Shown: positions 19,270 through 28,331 of the stretch, piece by piece
Layout of the letters: the number at the start of each line of letters is the position of its first letter
How positions within the stretch are numbered: position 1 is the first letter of the stretch
Source of the DNA: an uncultured Candidatus Saccharibacteria bacterium
GTDB lineage: Bacteria > Patescibacteriota > Minisyncoccia > Phycocordibacterales > JAACPR01
DNA length: 64,000 bases
Assembly: GCA_964538855.1 (NCBI GenBank)
Contig: CAZIEY010000001.1
Coordinates: 314,188 to 378,187 of the forward strand
Direction of reading: 5' to 3'
Position numbers and translations under genes: made by a program
The notes under the pieces: model-generated
Database searches by the model: none
What the model was told of the DNA's origin: nothing
What the model saw: the letters and a program-made list of their open reading frames with translations, nothing else

Positions 19270-20121
19270 TTATTTTTGTGTATTGAAGTTGGCGTGTCGA
19301 ATAAATTTTGCTTTAGTGCGTTCCATACGATCGTTGCGATTTAATTGGGAAGCTTTTGTATATAGAAGCGCCAATTCGTCCTGCCAATCCATAGCAGACG
19401 CGCTCGGATCAGTACGCACACTGTTGTTGTGACGTAAATATATATCGACGCCTTTCGCGAGGTGTGTAGAAATAAAGGCAAGGTCGTCATCTGTCATAAT
19501 TTTGTTTGCAACCAGGACATGCGGTGTATTGTAAAATTTAAGCAAATCAATTATTTGTTGTGCGGTCTTAATGCTGTGTAGTGTTGGTTCACACACAACT
19601 ACTGCAACATCGACGCCAGTAACGATACCTGTAGTGACGCCATCGGCACCCGCTTTTTCGTCTACAATTACGTCTTGATTTTCACCTAAATCCAAAAGTG
19701 GCAGATAAATTTTTAGTGGCGTCGTCAAAATGTGGCTGCATGATTGTCCGTACATCACTTGGTCTGTTTGTGGACCTGCGGCCATGATTCTCATCTGTGA
19801 TGTTGGGTAGGAATATTTTTTCGTAAAAGCATCTATACGTTCCTTTTGAAATGAGAAACGAACATTGGTCTCTCGCAAAAATACTTGAGAATATTTTTCA
19901 TGGGATTTTACACCGACATAATATTGCAATTCGAGGAGGGAGGCACCTAGATAGGGCATATCACGAGGTATTTCACCATGTGTCAGGTTAAAACTCAGAT
20001 CCATATTGTGATCTGCATCAATCGCCAAAACATCTTTTTCTTGGCGACACAAAAAAAGTGCCATCTGAGTCGCTACAGATGATTTGCCACTTCCTCCTTT
20101 ACCTAAAAAACCTAGTATCAT
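19270..20121 (-). CDS. ParA/MinD/CooC-like (SIMIBI class) P-loop ATPase
   Basis: Deviant Walker A LGKGGSGKSS. Walker B-like DADHN. VVVCEPT segment. Confidence 0.65.
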   Translation of the reverse strand: MILGFLGKGGSGKSSVATQMALFLCRQEKDVLAIDADHNMDLSFNLTHGEIPRDMPYLGASLLELQYYVGVKSHEKYSQVFLRETNVRFSFQKERIDAFTKKYSYPTSQMRIMAAGPQTDQVMYGQSCSHILTTPLKIYLPLLDLGENQDVIVDEKAGADGVTTGIVTGVDVAVVVCEPTLHSIKTAQQIIDLLKFYNTPHVLVANKIMTDDDLAFISTHLAKGVDIYLRHNNSVRTDPSASAMDWQDELALLYTKASQLNRNDRMERTKAKFIRHANFNTQK

Positions 20122-20445
20122 GCTTTGTTGTAATTCACCCAGTATTGTGTTCGAACCTAATACAAGTGAGTTGCATTTAGATTATCACGATGTTGTTGTA
20201 GTTGCAAGTTATTTGCATTACGCTGTTGTGATAGTATATATTTACATGCCCCCAACTTTTTCGCTCCCGGTACACATATCAAAATGTTTGTTGTGAAAAA
20301 CGTGAATCCATCAAACCTTAATTTGCGTGAGGGTAAAAGCATAAAGAAAATGACTATCGAAGAAGCTCAGCAACATTCAGAAGTGACTGATTTTACTAAA
20401 GAGGTTTTGATTAAATACAAGTCATAGATTTGCTAAACTACCCAC

Positions 20446-20862
20446 ATGAACCCATCACAAGAAAAACTTCAATCCGCAATGAAATTCGCAATGGAACATC
20501 GTCCCAAAGTCGGCGGGTTTCCATTTCTTGCGGAGTGTTTGCGACGTGCAGGTGTAAAGAAAAACATCTGGTCTCTGCCGGGCGCCCAGAGTGTCTATAT
20601 TTTTGAAAACGACGCCGTTGTGATGCAGGGAACTCCTCTCATTACGGGCATGGCAGCGATTCCAACTTTTAATAAAGAAGCACTCGTCACCGCGTTGCGC
20701 ATAGACCAAGCAGGGCAGAGTACATTTCCAGAATTTCTCATGTTGGCCTGGCATGTCGGTGTTGTCGGATATAATGTCGATTGTGAAGCTCGTGTTGTCA
20801 CATATTACGGAGCGCACGGTGAAATGTATGAAGAATCATACGATGCCGTAGAGACATGGTAA
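20446..20862 (+). CDS. Hypothetical protein
   Basis: 138-aa ORF of moderately elevated GC. No family assigned with confidence. Confidence 0.45.
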   Translation: MNPSQEKLQSAMKFAMEHRPKVGGFPFLAECLRRAGVKKNIWSLPGAQSVYIFENDAVVMQGTPLITGMAAIPTFNKEALVTALRIDQAGQSTFPEFLMLAWHVGVVGYNVDCEARVVTYYGAHGEMYEESYDAVETW

Positions 20863-20876
20863 AATAGAGTTACGTT

Positions 20877-22505
20877 ATGTCGCAAAGCTCCTCGCAAAAA
20901 AACAATTGGTCTCGCACCGCTGTCGTCTATCAAATTTATCCGCGCAGTTTTAAGGACTCGAACAATGACGGAATAGGGGATCTCGCCGGCATTATTGAAA
21001 AGTTGGACTATTTGAATGATGGCACAGAAAAATCTCTTGGTGTCACTGCGATCTGGATTAACCCAGTTTTTCCTTCGCCAATGTGGGATTTTGGATATGA
21101 CATTTCAAACTATTGTGACATTGATCCACTTTTTGGAGACTTGCAGACGTTCGATCGATTGGTTGCCGAGGCACATAAACGCGGCATTAAAATTATTATG
21201 GATTTCGTGGCGAATCACACATCGGAAGAACATCCATGGTTTGTTGAATCTCGCTCTTCAAAAAATAATCCGAAACGCGATTGGTATATTTGGCGCGACC
21301 CAAAACCGAATGGACGGGCACCGAACAATTGGTTGTCGGTTTTCGGAGGTTCGGCGTGGAAGCTCGACCCGACGACAGGGCAATATTACATGCACAGTTT
21401 TTTGTCATGCCAGCCTGATTTGAATTGGAGAAATCCAGAGGTGCGCGCCGCGATGTCGGACGTTTTGAAATTTTGGCTTGCGCGCGGAGTCGATGGGTTC
21501 CGCTCTGACGCTGCGTATTTTTTAATTAAAGACGATCAATTCCGCGATGACCCAATCAACCCCGAATATATTGCAGGCGTTGATGATCCGTATGAATCGC
21601 TCGTGCACACCTACAGCCAAGGTCGTCCTGAATTATTGGAAACGACAAATCATATTTGTAATGTCTTGGGCGAGCACGGTGCGGACGCGTTTTTGATGAG
21701 CGAAGCCTACTTGGAACTTCCTCAAATGATTAATTTGTATGGTGCATGCAGTAATGATTTACAAGCTCCCCTCAATTTTAATTTGATGGGTTTGATGTGG
21801 GATGCTGGAATTTTTAAAAAGTTTGTCGATGAATTTGAAGCGAAGCTCGATCCATCTGATTGGCCGAATTATGTTTTGGGAAATCACGACAGGTCGCGTC
21901 TCGCGACACGTCTTGGTCCTGACAGGGCACGGGTGGCGGCGATGCTCATTTTTACGTTGCGCGGAATGCCTTTTATTTATTACGGTGATGAATTGGGGAT
22001 GACTGATGTCGCAATTTCTGCTCAATCAGAAAAAGATCCATTTGGAAAAAACGTGCCAGGTTTGGATGTGGGGCGTGATCCAGAGCGAACTCCGATGCAG
22101 TGGGACAATTCGTACGGTGCTGGTTTTACTAAAGGCCAGTTGTGGTTACCAGTCGCACCGGATTTCGCCACAAAAAATGTCGCGGTTGAATCGGCCGACA
22201 CGAATTCGATGTTATCGTTTTACAAAAAGATGATTCATTTCCGTACGAAATCACAAGTACTTTTACACGGCGTATATACACCAGTCGATAGTGGTAATGA
22301 AAGTATATTTGCTTTTATCAGGGAACTCGACGGTCAAAAGATTCTTGTGATGTTAAATTTTACAAATTCAAAACAGCGCGCAAAGCCGTCTCATCTGGGT
22401 TCTATCGCGATTAGCACTCATACCAATCGCGTGGTCGGGGAAGAGGTGCAAACAAAAGAATTTGTGATGCAACCATACGAGGGTGTTGTGATTAGGGTTG
22501 TGTAA
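20877..22505 (+). CDS. GH13 alpha-glucosidase / oligo-1,6-glucosidase family
   Basis: YQIYPRSFKDSNNDGIGDLAGIIEKLDYL, GVDGFRSDAA (catalytic Asp), and NHD motifs. Confidence 0.85.
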   Translation: MSQSSSQKNNWSRTAVVYQIYPRSFKDSNNDGIGDLAGIIEKLDYLNDGTEKSLGVTAIWINPVFPSPMWDFGYDISNYCDIDPLFGDLQTFDRLVAEAHKRGIKIIMDFVANHTSEEHPWFVESRSSKNNPKRDWYIWRDPKPNGRAPNNWLSVFGGSAWKLDPTTGQYYMHSFLSCQPDLNWRNPEVRAAMSDVLKFWLARGVDGFRSDAAYFLIKDDQFRDDPINPEYIAGVDDPYESLVHTYSQGRPELLETTNHICNVLGEHGADAFLMSEAYLELPQMINLYGACSNDLQAPLNFNLMGLMWDAGIFKKFVDEFEAKLDPSDWPNYVLGNHDRSRLATRLGPDRARVAAMLIFTLRGMPFIYYGDELGMTDVAISAQSEKDPFGKNVPGLDVGRDPERTPMQWDNSYGAGFTKGQLWLPVAPDFATKNVAVESADTNSMLSFYKKMIHFRTKSQVLLHGVYTPVDSGNESIFAFIRELDGQKILVMLNFTNSKQRAKPSHLGSIAISTHTNRVVGEEVQTKEFVMQPYEGVVIRVV

Positions 22506-22601
22506 CACATTACCTTTTATTGTTGACTGGGTACATCAAATATTATAATGTGTAATTTGGTGCTGAACTGAACATCAACAACGCAATGGAAAGGAATTGC
22601 C

Positions 22602-23087
22602 GTGGATTCATCTCTCATATCGGAAATAAAGGAACTTGCGGAGCGAGGTTACCATGAGGCAGTCAACCTGCACAAGACGCCTTACAAGGGCGGCTGGATG
22701 TGTGTGGTCGACGAACATCTCTGCACGACGGACGTGTTTGCGGTTGGTCAGCCGATCCATCATGATGAAAAGACTGGCGGGTGGAATAGTAACTGCCAGA
22801 ATAAGTCCACGCGCCTGAAGCAAAATCCCGACCATGTTTCTGCCTACCAAAGCTTCGACTTGGAAAAAAAGCGTTACTTTGGTGGAATCAGGATTCGACG
22901 CTTGAGCCTCATCATCACCTTTTCGGGTTTGTCTCAGGAGTTGGATGAAGCCCTCTGCGCCTGGATCGCAGTGCAACTGCGGAGTGTTACCGGCATGACG
23001 CACGAGGAATGGTGGGAGATCCGCGACCTCAGCGGCAACCTGCACATGGTTGAGTACGGGATGATCTCTCCTGCGACTGCTGCATAG
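22602..23087 (+). CDS. Hypothetical protein (GC-rich)
   Basis: 161-aa ORF. The + strand is supported by a downstream intrinsic terminator. No recognisable domain. Confidence 0.4.
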   Translation: MDSSLISEIKELAERGYHEAVNLHKTPYKGGWMCVVDEHLCTTDVFAVGQPIHHDEKTGGWNSNCQNKSTRLKQNPDHVSAYQSFDLEKKRYFGGIRIRRLSLIITFSGLSQELDEALCAWIAVQLRSVTGMTHEEWWEIRDLSGNLHMVEYGMISPATAA

Positions 23088-23111
23088 CAACCCTCAAGGT
23101 TGCGTATGCAA

Positions 23112-23140
23112 AAGCCCGACCGTAAGGCCGGGCTTTTTTA
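23112..23140 (+). terminator. Rho-independent terminator
   Basis: gcccgaccgtaaggccgggc hairpin followed by tttttt. Confidence 0.6.
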
Positions 23141-23189
23141 AATTAAAATCCACTACCAGCGCCACATGATCTGATACTTCATCCGATAC

Positions 23190-23774
23190 CTAACCTTTCT
23201 TATAATATCTTTTCGCGATCCCAAAAATGACAACAACCACTGTCGCCCCTACAATCACCATCCAAGCATTTTTACCAAGTATGTCACGCAAGAGAAATCC
23301 TCCCCATGTGCCAGCGAAACCCCAGAGCGCAGAACCGCCGAGGCTGTACCACACGTAACGTTTGACGGGAATTTGTCGAGCACCTGCAAGGAGAGAGGGG
23401 ATTGATCGAACTACAGGAATCAAACGCCCGAGTACTACGAAATAAAAGAGGCGGCGTTCGAATATATCCCATGCACTTGAAAACTTTTCCTTCTCCAGCA
23501 CATTTTTAATCATCGAAAATCTCTGACCATATCTCCCTAAATAATATCCGAACATATCACCAGTAAAATTTCCGGCAATTAGCAATATCATTGCAACCCA
23601 AGGACTGAATGCTCCAGCCTCGGCGTACGTTCCAATTAGAAAAGAAATTGTTCCGCCAGGGTAGAGCGAGCCAATAATTGGCGCTCCTTCAACGAGTCCA
23701 GATAAAAGAATCACCAGATATTTCCAGTCGTTTGCAAGTAGAGTAGTGATTACATTTGAAACCCAGTCAATCAT
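23190..23774 (-). CDS. DedA/TVP38 family membrane protein
   Basis: Matches the DedA pattern: LLSGLVEGAPIIGSLYPGGTISFLIG ... GRLIPVVRSIPSLLAG. Confidence 0.75.
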   Translation of the reverse strand: MIDWVSNVITTLLANDWKYLVILLSGLVEGAPIIGSLYPGGTISFLIGTYAEAGAFSPWVAMILLIAGNFTGDMFGYYLGRYGQRFSMIKNVLEKEKFSSAWDIFERRLFYFVVLGRLIPVVRSIPSLLAGARQIPVKRYVWYSLGGSALWGFAGTWGGFLLRDILGKNAWMVIVGATVVVVIFGIAKRYYKKG

Positions 23775-24070
23775 AGCGATATTGTAGCATAGGTGTACCG
23801 TCTTTGACGTGCTGTGAGGGTTTTGGTATTCTCTATATTAGAGGAACCATATCGGTTCTATTGCAATTGAAAGGGTCTGTTCAATGTCTCTTGTCCAACA
23901 GTCTGAAGGGTCGGCACTGCCTGGTGAGCCGATCATCGATTTTTACGATACCATGTATGATTTTGGTTTTTTGGTGCCGTGGCATTTATTCTGGGATGAG
24001 CTTCCACCTTTTAACCCAACCTTAGTGAGGTAACCTGCGCAGACGGGGATATCTTCACTCAACCCAATTC

Positions 24071-24110
24071 GCCACGCCCCAGGAGGAGCGTGGCAGTTTT
24101 CTTTTTTTTC
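24071..24110 (+). terminator. Orphan rho-independent terminator with no upstream CDS
   Basis: gccacgc-cccaggaggag-gcgtggc hairpin followed by agttttcttttttttc. It ends a ~300-nt non-coding stretch. Confidence 0.55.
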
Positions 24111-24126
24111 GTGTAATATACAAAAT

Positions 24127-25014
24127 ATGTTAATCACCAAACCTTCCGCAGATTACGAGCTTCTCGATTCCGGCAACCTTCACAAATTAGAGCGTTTCGG
24201 AAATTTTGTGCTGTCTCGACCTGACCCGCAGGCGATTTGGCTTCCAAAAATGACAGAGGCAGAATGGCAAGAGCGCGCTGATGCGTGGTTTGTTCGCGAG
24301 GGAAAAAAGACTGATTGGAAAACCAAGGTTGATTTTCCAAAAGAGTGGCCGATTGAATTTGGTGGGCTAAAGTTTTTGATTCGACCGAACTTGTTCAAGC
24401 ACACAGGACTTTTCCCAGAGCAATTATCAAATTGGGAATGGATGGCGGATTTGATTTCAAAGCGAATCGAGAGCGCTCCGACTGCGACACCACCGAATGT
24501 GCTCAATCTTTTTGGTTACACTGGCGGGGCGAGTCTCGCGTGCGTCAAAGCTGGTGCGACCGTTACACATCTCGATGGATCGAAATCTGTGATTGCGTGG
24601 GTACGCGAAAATGCAGAATTGTCGGGACTTGCAGAGAAACCGCTTCGTTCAATTTGCGATGATGCAATTGTGTTTGTGAAGCGCGAAATAAAACGAGGGA
24701 ATAGATATGACGGAATTTTGCTCGACCCACCAGCATTCGGAAACGGTCCGACCGGAGAAAAATGGCTCATTGAAGAAGATTTGCCAGAATTAATTTCGCT
24801 TTTGCGCGAAGTGTTAACCGACAAACCTCTCTTTTTCCTCGTGAATGGTTACGCGAGTGGATATTCTTCGACTGGTTACATGAACTTGGTGCGGCCGACT
24901 CTCGAAAAATTTGGTGGCACTTTTGAAAATGGGGAATTGGGAATTCAGGAATCTGGCGACAATGCGCGAATTTTACCGTGTGGAATTTATGCAAGGTGGA
25001 GTGCAGAGCGATAA
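24127..25014 (+). CDS. Class I SAM-dependent methyltransferase (RlmI/YccW-like, PF10672-type)
   Basis: FGYTGGASLACVKAGA (SAM pocket) and ILLDPPAFG motif. Confidence 0.65.
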   Translation: MLITKPSADYELLDSGNLHKLERFGNFVLSRPDPQAIWLPKMTEAEWQERADAWFVREGKKTDWKTKVDFPKEWPIEFGGLKFLIRPNLFKHTGLFPEQLSNWEWMADLISKRIESAPTATPPNVLNLFGYTGGASLACVKAGATVTHLDGSKSVIAWVRENAELSGLAEKPLRSICDDAIVFVKREIKRGNRYDGILLDPPAFGNGPTGEKWLIEEDLPELISLLREVLTDKPLFFLVNGYASGYSSTGYMNLVRPTLEKFGGTFENGELGIQESGDNARILPCGIYARWSAER

Positions 25015-25275
25015 ACTCGCTTGCAGCTTTCGTAAAAAGTGATTTGATTATATGAGGAGGTGGTGTATGGAACCTGCATCGATCCAGTACAAAATATTTC
25101 TTGTGCTCTGCATTCTGGTCTTTGTGATAGGTCTGACAGCCCACTTTGTGGGTGATGAGGACTTCTCAAAGCAGGAACGCCGCGGCAGGGCAAGAATCAT
25201 GCTAAATCTTTTACAAGGGCGCGCGCCCTGATGCACCATCACACGGTGCATTTTCAAATTGTGTATACTATACCT

Positions 25276-26208
25276 ATGAACAAAGCATATTTCGCCGGTG
25301 GATGTTTTTGGTGTATGGAGCCAGCATTTCGAATTAAAAAAGGTGTGACTGATGTTCGCGTTGGTTACATTGGTCCAGAGAGCACGCGAGGCACAGTGAC
25401 CTACGATGACTTGCACGCAGGTAATTCTGGTTACGTCGAAGGCGCCGAAGTCTCTTATGACGAATCAAAAACTTCGTACGCAGAATTAGTCGAAGTTTTT
25501 TGGCGAGGCATTGATCCGACCGACGCAGGCGGGCAGTTTCATGACAGGGGAGATGAATATAAAACCGCAATTTACTTTACAACCGACGCAGAACACGCCG
25601 CTGCCGAACGCTCCAAAAAGATGCTCGCCGATTCCGGAAAATTCGACAAACCAATCGCGACCGCTATTTTGCCCTTCGACCATTTCTATCCTGCCGAAGA
25701 TTATCATCAGCGATATTTCGAAACGAACGCCGAACATTATAATGCGTATGCAAAAGGGTCTGGCCGGAAAGATTTTATAAAAAAGACATGGGGCGATGTC
25801 GAAAAATTGACTCCGCTTCAATATAAAGTGACACAAACCTGCGGAACCGAAATTCCTTTTCAAAATGAATATTGGGACAATCATCGCGACGGAATTTATG
25901 TCGATGTCGTTTCTGGCGAACCACTTTTTTCTTCGCACGACAAATTTGATTCTGGCACCGGCTGGCCAAGTTTTGTGAAGCCAATTAAACAGGGGAGTGT
26001 GAAAGAATACCTTGATGAATCGCACGGCATGATTCGTACCGAAGTAAAAAGTGTGGTCGGAAATTCGCATCTTGGGCATGTATTTGATTATGGCTCTCTT
26101 AAAAAAGGCGAGCGACATTATTGTGTTAATTCCGCGTCGCTCCGATTTATTTCGAAAGAGGATTTGGAGAAGGAGGGGTATGGGGAGTATCTTGCGCTAT
26201 TTAAATAA
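25276..26208 (+). CDS. msrAB: Bifunctional peptide methionine sulfoxide reductase MsrA/MsrB
   Basis: MsrA active site AGGCFWCME at the N-terminus. C-terminal MsrB domain with GHVF...RYCVNSASL. Start chosen at MNKAYF. Confidence 0.85.
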   Translation: MNKAYFAGGCFWCMEPAFRIKKGVTDVRVGYIGPESTRGTVTYDDLHAGNSGYVEGAEVSYDESKTSYAELVEVFWRGIDPTDAGGQFHDRGDEYKTAIYFTTDAEHAAAERSKKMLADSGKFDKPIATAILPFDHFYPAEDYHQRYFETNAEHYNAYAKGSGRKDFIKKTWGDVEKLTPLQYKVTQTCGTEIPFQNEYWDNHRDGIYVDVVSGEPLFSSHDKFDSGTGWPSFVKPIKQGSVKEYLDESHGMIRTEVKSVVGNSHLGHVFDYGSLKKGERHYCVNSASLRFISKEDLEKEGYGEYLALFK

Positions 26209-26222
26209 GTTACAATGCAATT

Positions 26223-27431
26223 ATGAAAAAAGACCGATACTTGTGGTATTTATATGACTTCGCGAATTCAATTGCACTTATCAGCGTGCTTTATTATTTC
26301 AGTTTATGGGCGGTTGTCCAAAACGGCATGAGTCAATGGATTGTGAGCATTCCAGTTTCTTTATCAACAATAGTTTTGTTGTTTGTAATGCCGGGTATTG
26401 CTCGCCGAGTCGATCAAAAACAGACGCACAAAAAAGTTATGCTTACATTCAGTGCTCTCGCAGCTCTGTGTATTTTGATTTTGTCTCTTCTGAAGCCATC
26501 ATCGTATTTACCATATCTGGTGTTCATTATTTATTTTCTCTTTTATTTTTGTTACAACAGCGGGTACGTATTTTTCACTTCATTTATTCAGACCGTGAGC
26601 GAAGAAAAAGATAGAGTAGCAACATCTGGTTTTGGACAGATGTGGGGTCAGCTCGGAAATTTGGCTGGTGTCATGCTCTCATTCGCGACTGCAGGCCTCG
26701 CGCTGTTTGGAATTATTGGTGCGCAACAAGTTTTTCTATGGGCAGCAATCGTGTTCATAGTCCTGCTGATTCCAATGTTGTGGTTTAGAAACAATCCCGT
26801 CGCCGATGTGCGAATTGAAACGGATGAACCACAAGTGAATCTTTCTACTATTAAAAAAATCTATCAAAATAAAAAAGCGTTTTGGTTTTTGATGTCATAC
26901 ATTTTTTATGCCGATTCAATGATGACGATCTCATTCTTTCTCACGCTTTATTTAAGCAAGGCAGTTGGGTTAAGGGATGACATTATTAAAATCGCAGGTG
27001 TCTCGATGTTAGTCGGAACAATCGTGGGGGCATTGCTTACTGCAGCATTACGTAAGAAGGGGCAGTTAGTATCGCTTAAAAACATTCTGTTTATTTGGCC
27101 AGTTCTCGTACTTGCAACCGCACTTGTGAGTGGTAAGGGTGTAGTTTTGGCGCTTCTATTTGTGACTGGTATTGTATTCAGTATGATATTTGCGATGTCT
27201 CGTTCGTTTTATTCAACACTTGTTCCTGTCGCAGAGCGCGCTGAATTTTTTTCAGTCTACGTTATTTTCGAAAGAATGGGTGCGATTGTCGGACCTCTTA
27301 TTTGGTCTGCGACCATTTCGATTTTTATGTTTATGGGGGAAAGTGTCGCGTATCGGATCGCGATGGGTGTCACCGCGCTCATTACTATCGGCTCAATAAT
27401 TATGTTGAGGAAAGTCGAGCGAATTGATTAA
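26223..27431 (+). CDS. MFS-type transporter
   Basis: 402 aa with about 12 TM helices and a central cytoplasmic loop. Confidence 0.6.
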   Translation: MKKDRYLWYLYDFANSIALISVLYYFSLWAVVQNGMSQWIVSIPVSLSTIVLLFVMPGIARRVDQKQTHKKVMLTFSALAALCILILSLLKPSSYLPYLVFIIYFLFYFCYNSGYVFFTSFIQTVSEEKDRVATSGFGQMWGQLGNLAGVMLSFATAGLALFGIIGAQQVFLWAAIVFIVLLIPMLWFRNNPVADVRIETDEPQVNLSTIKKIYQNKKAFWFLMSYIFYADSMMTISFFLTLYLSKAVGLRDDIIKIAGVSMLVGTIVGALLTAALRKKGQLVSLKNILFIWPVLVLATALVSGKGVVLALLFVTGIVFSMIFAMSRSFYSTLVPVAERAEFFSVYVIFERMGAIVGPLIWSATISIFMFMGESVAYRIAMGVTALITIGSIIMLRKVERID

Positions 27432-27458
27432 TTTCATTTTTCTGGCAATATACATCAC

Positions 27459-27848
27459 ATGAGATACCTCGGCATCGATTATGGAACAAAACGCGTCGGC
27501 ATCGCCATGTCGGATGAAAACGGCGAGATGGCTTTCCCGAAAGAAGTTTTAAAAAACGACGCCCGCCTCGTGGAGAATTTGCGAAAGATCGTCATTGAAA
27601 ATGAGATTAAAAAAGTCGTCATTGGCGAATCAAAAGACTTCAAGATGCAAGACAACGACATAATGGGGGACATCATCGACCTGCACGACGTGATTGAAAA
27701 AGACATCGGCGTCGACACAGAACTTCATCCTGAATTCATGTCGTCACAGCAAGCCGAATTTTTTCAAGGCAAAACCGCCACTACCGACGCATCTGCCGCA
27801 ACAATCATTTTGCAAAGCTACCTCGACACACTTAAACATAAAAAATAA
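27459..27848 (+). CDS. ruvX: Holliday-junction resolvase-like protein RuvX/YqgF
   Basis: MRYLGIDYGTKRVGIAMSD N-terminal signature. Confidence 0.8.
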   Translation: MRYLGIDYGTKRVGIAMSDENGEMAFPKEVLKNDARLVENLRKIVIENEIKKVVIGESKDFKMQDNDIMGDIIDLHDVIEKDIGVDTELHPEFMSSQQAEFFQGKTATTDASAATIILQSYLDTLKHKK

Positions 27849-27853
27849 AACAC

Positions 27854-28279
27854 ATGACAGACCAACAAAAACCAATTGAAACTACTGCGCCAGTCGTACC
27901 GGCTACACCCGCGACACCTGTTGAACCTGCTACGCCTGCCGCGCCAGCTTCTCCAAAAATTTCAATCGATGATCTCGCCAAAGTGGAAATTTCCGTCGGC
28001 CAAATTAAAACCGCAGAAAAAGTTCCAAACGCTGACCGACTCTTGCGCCTCACTGTTGATTTCGGTACAGAAGTCCGCCAAATCGTTTCAGGTATCGCAG
28101 AATATTACACCCCAGAACAAATCATCGGTAAAAAATGTCCGTTCATCACCAATTTGCAACCGCGTGTCATCAAAGGCCTCGAGAGCAACGGCATGATTTT
28201 GGCCGCTAAAGACACAGCAGGGAATTTCTCACTCCTCGACGTCGATCAGAAAATTTTGCCGGGTACGAAACTTTCGTAA
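27854..28279 (+). CDS. Stand-alone tRNA-binding domain protein (CsaA/Trbp111/MetRS C-terminal-like) with Pro/Thr-rich N-terminal linker
   Basis: LAKVEISVGQIKTAEKVPNADRLLRLTVDFG...IVSGIAEYYTPEQIIGKK matches the OB-fold tRNA-binding domain. Confidence 0.7.
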   Translation: MTDQQKPIETTAPVVPATPATPVEPATPAAPASPKISIDDLAKVEISVGQIKTAEKVPNADRLLRLTVDFGTEVRQIVSGIAEYYTPEQIIGKKCPFITNLQPRVIKGLESNGMILAAKDTAGNFSLLDVDQKILPGTKLS

Positions 28280-28331
28280 CCCCTTAATATTTTCGGCTTG
28301 GCGCGCATTTTTTGCGGTATAATAGTGGCAC

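Noticed and set aside
22608-23090. 160-aa minus-strand ORF mirroring 22602-23087
   Set aside because: A + strand intrinsic terminator directly downstream (23112-23140) and an upstream promoter-like sequence favour the + strand frame. The minus frame has an Arg-rich antisense-like composition.
23804-24025. 73-aa ORF in the non-coding stretch upstream of the orphan terminator
   Set aside because: Its Cys/Leu-rich low-complexity translation is unlike a real protein. The region is better explained as a non-coding RNA or leader.
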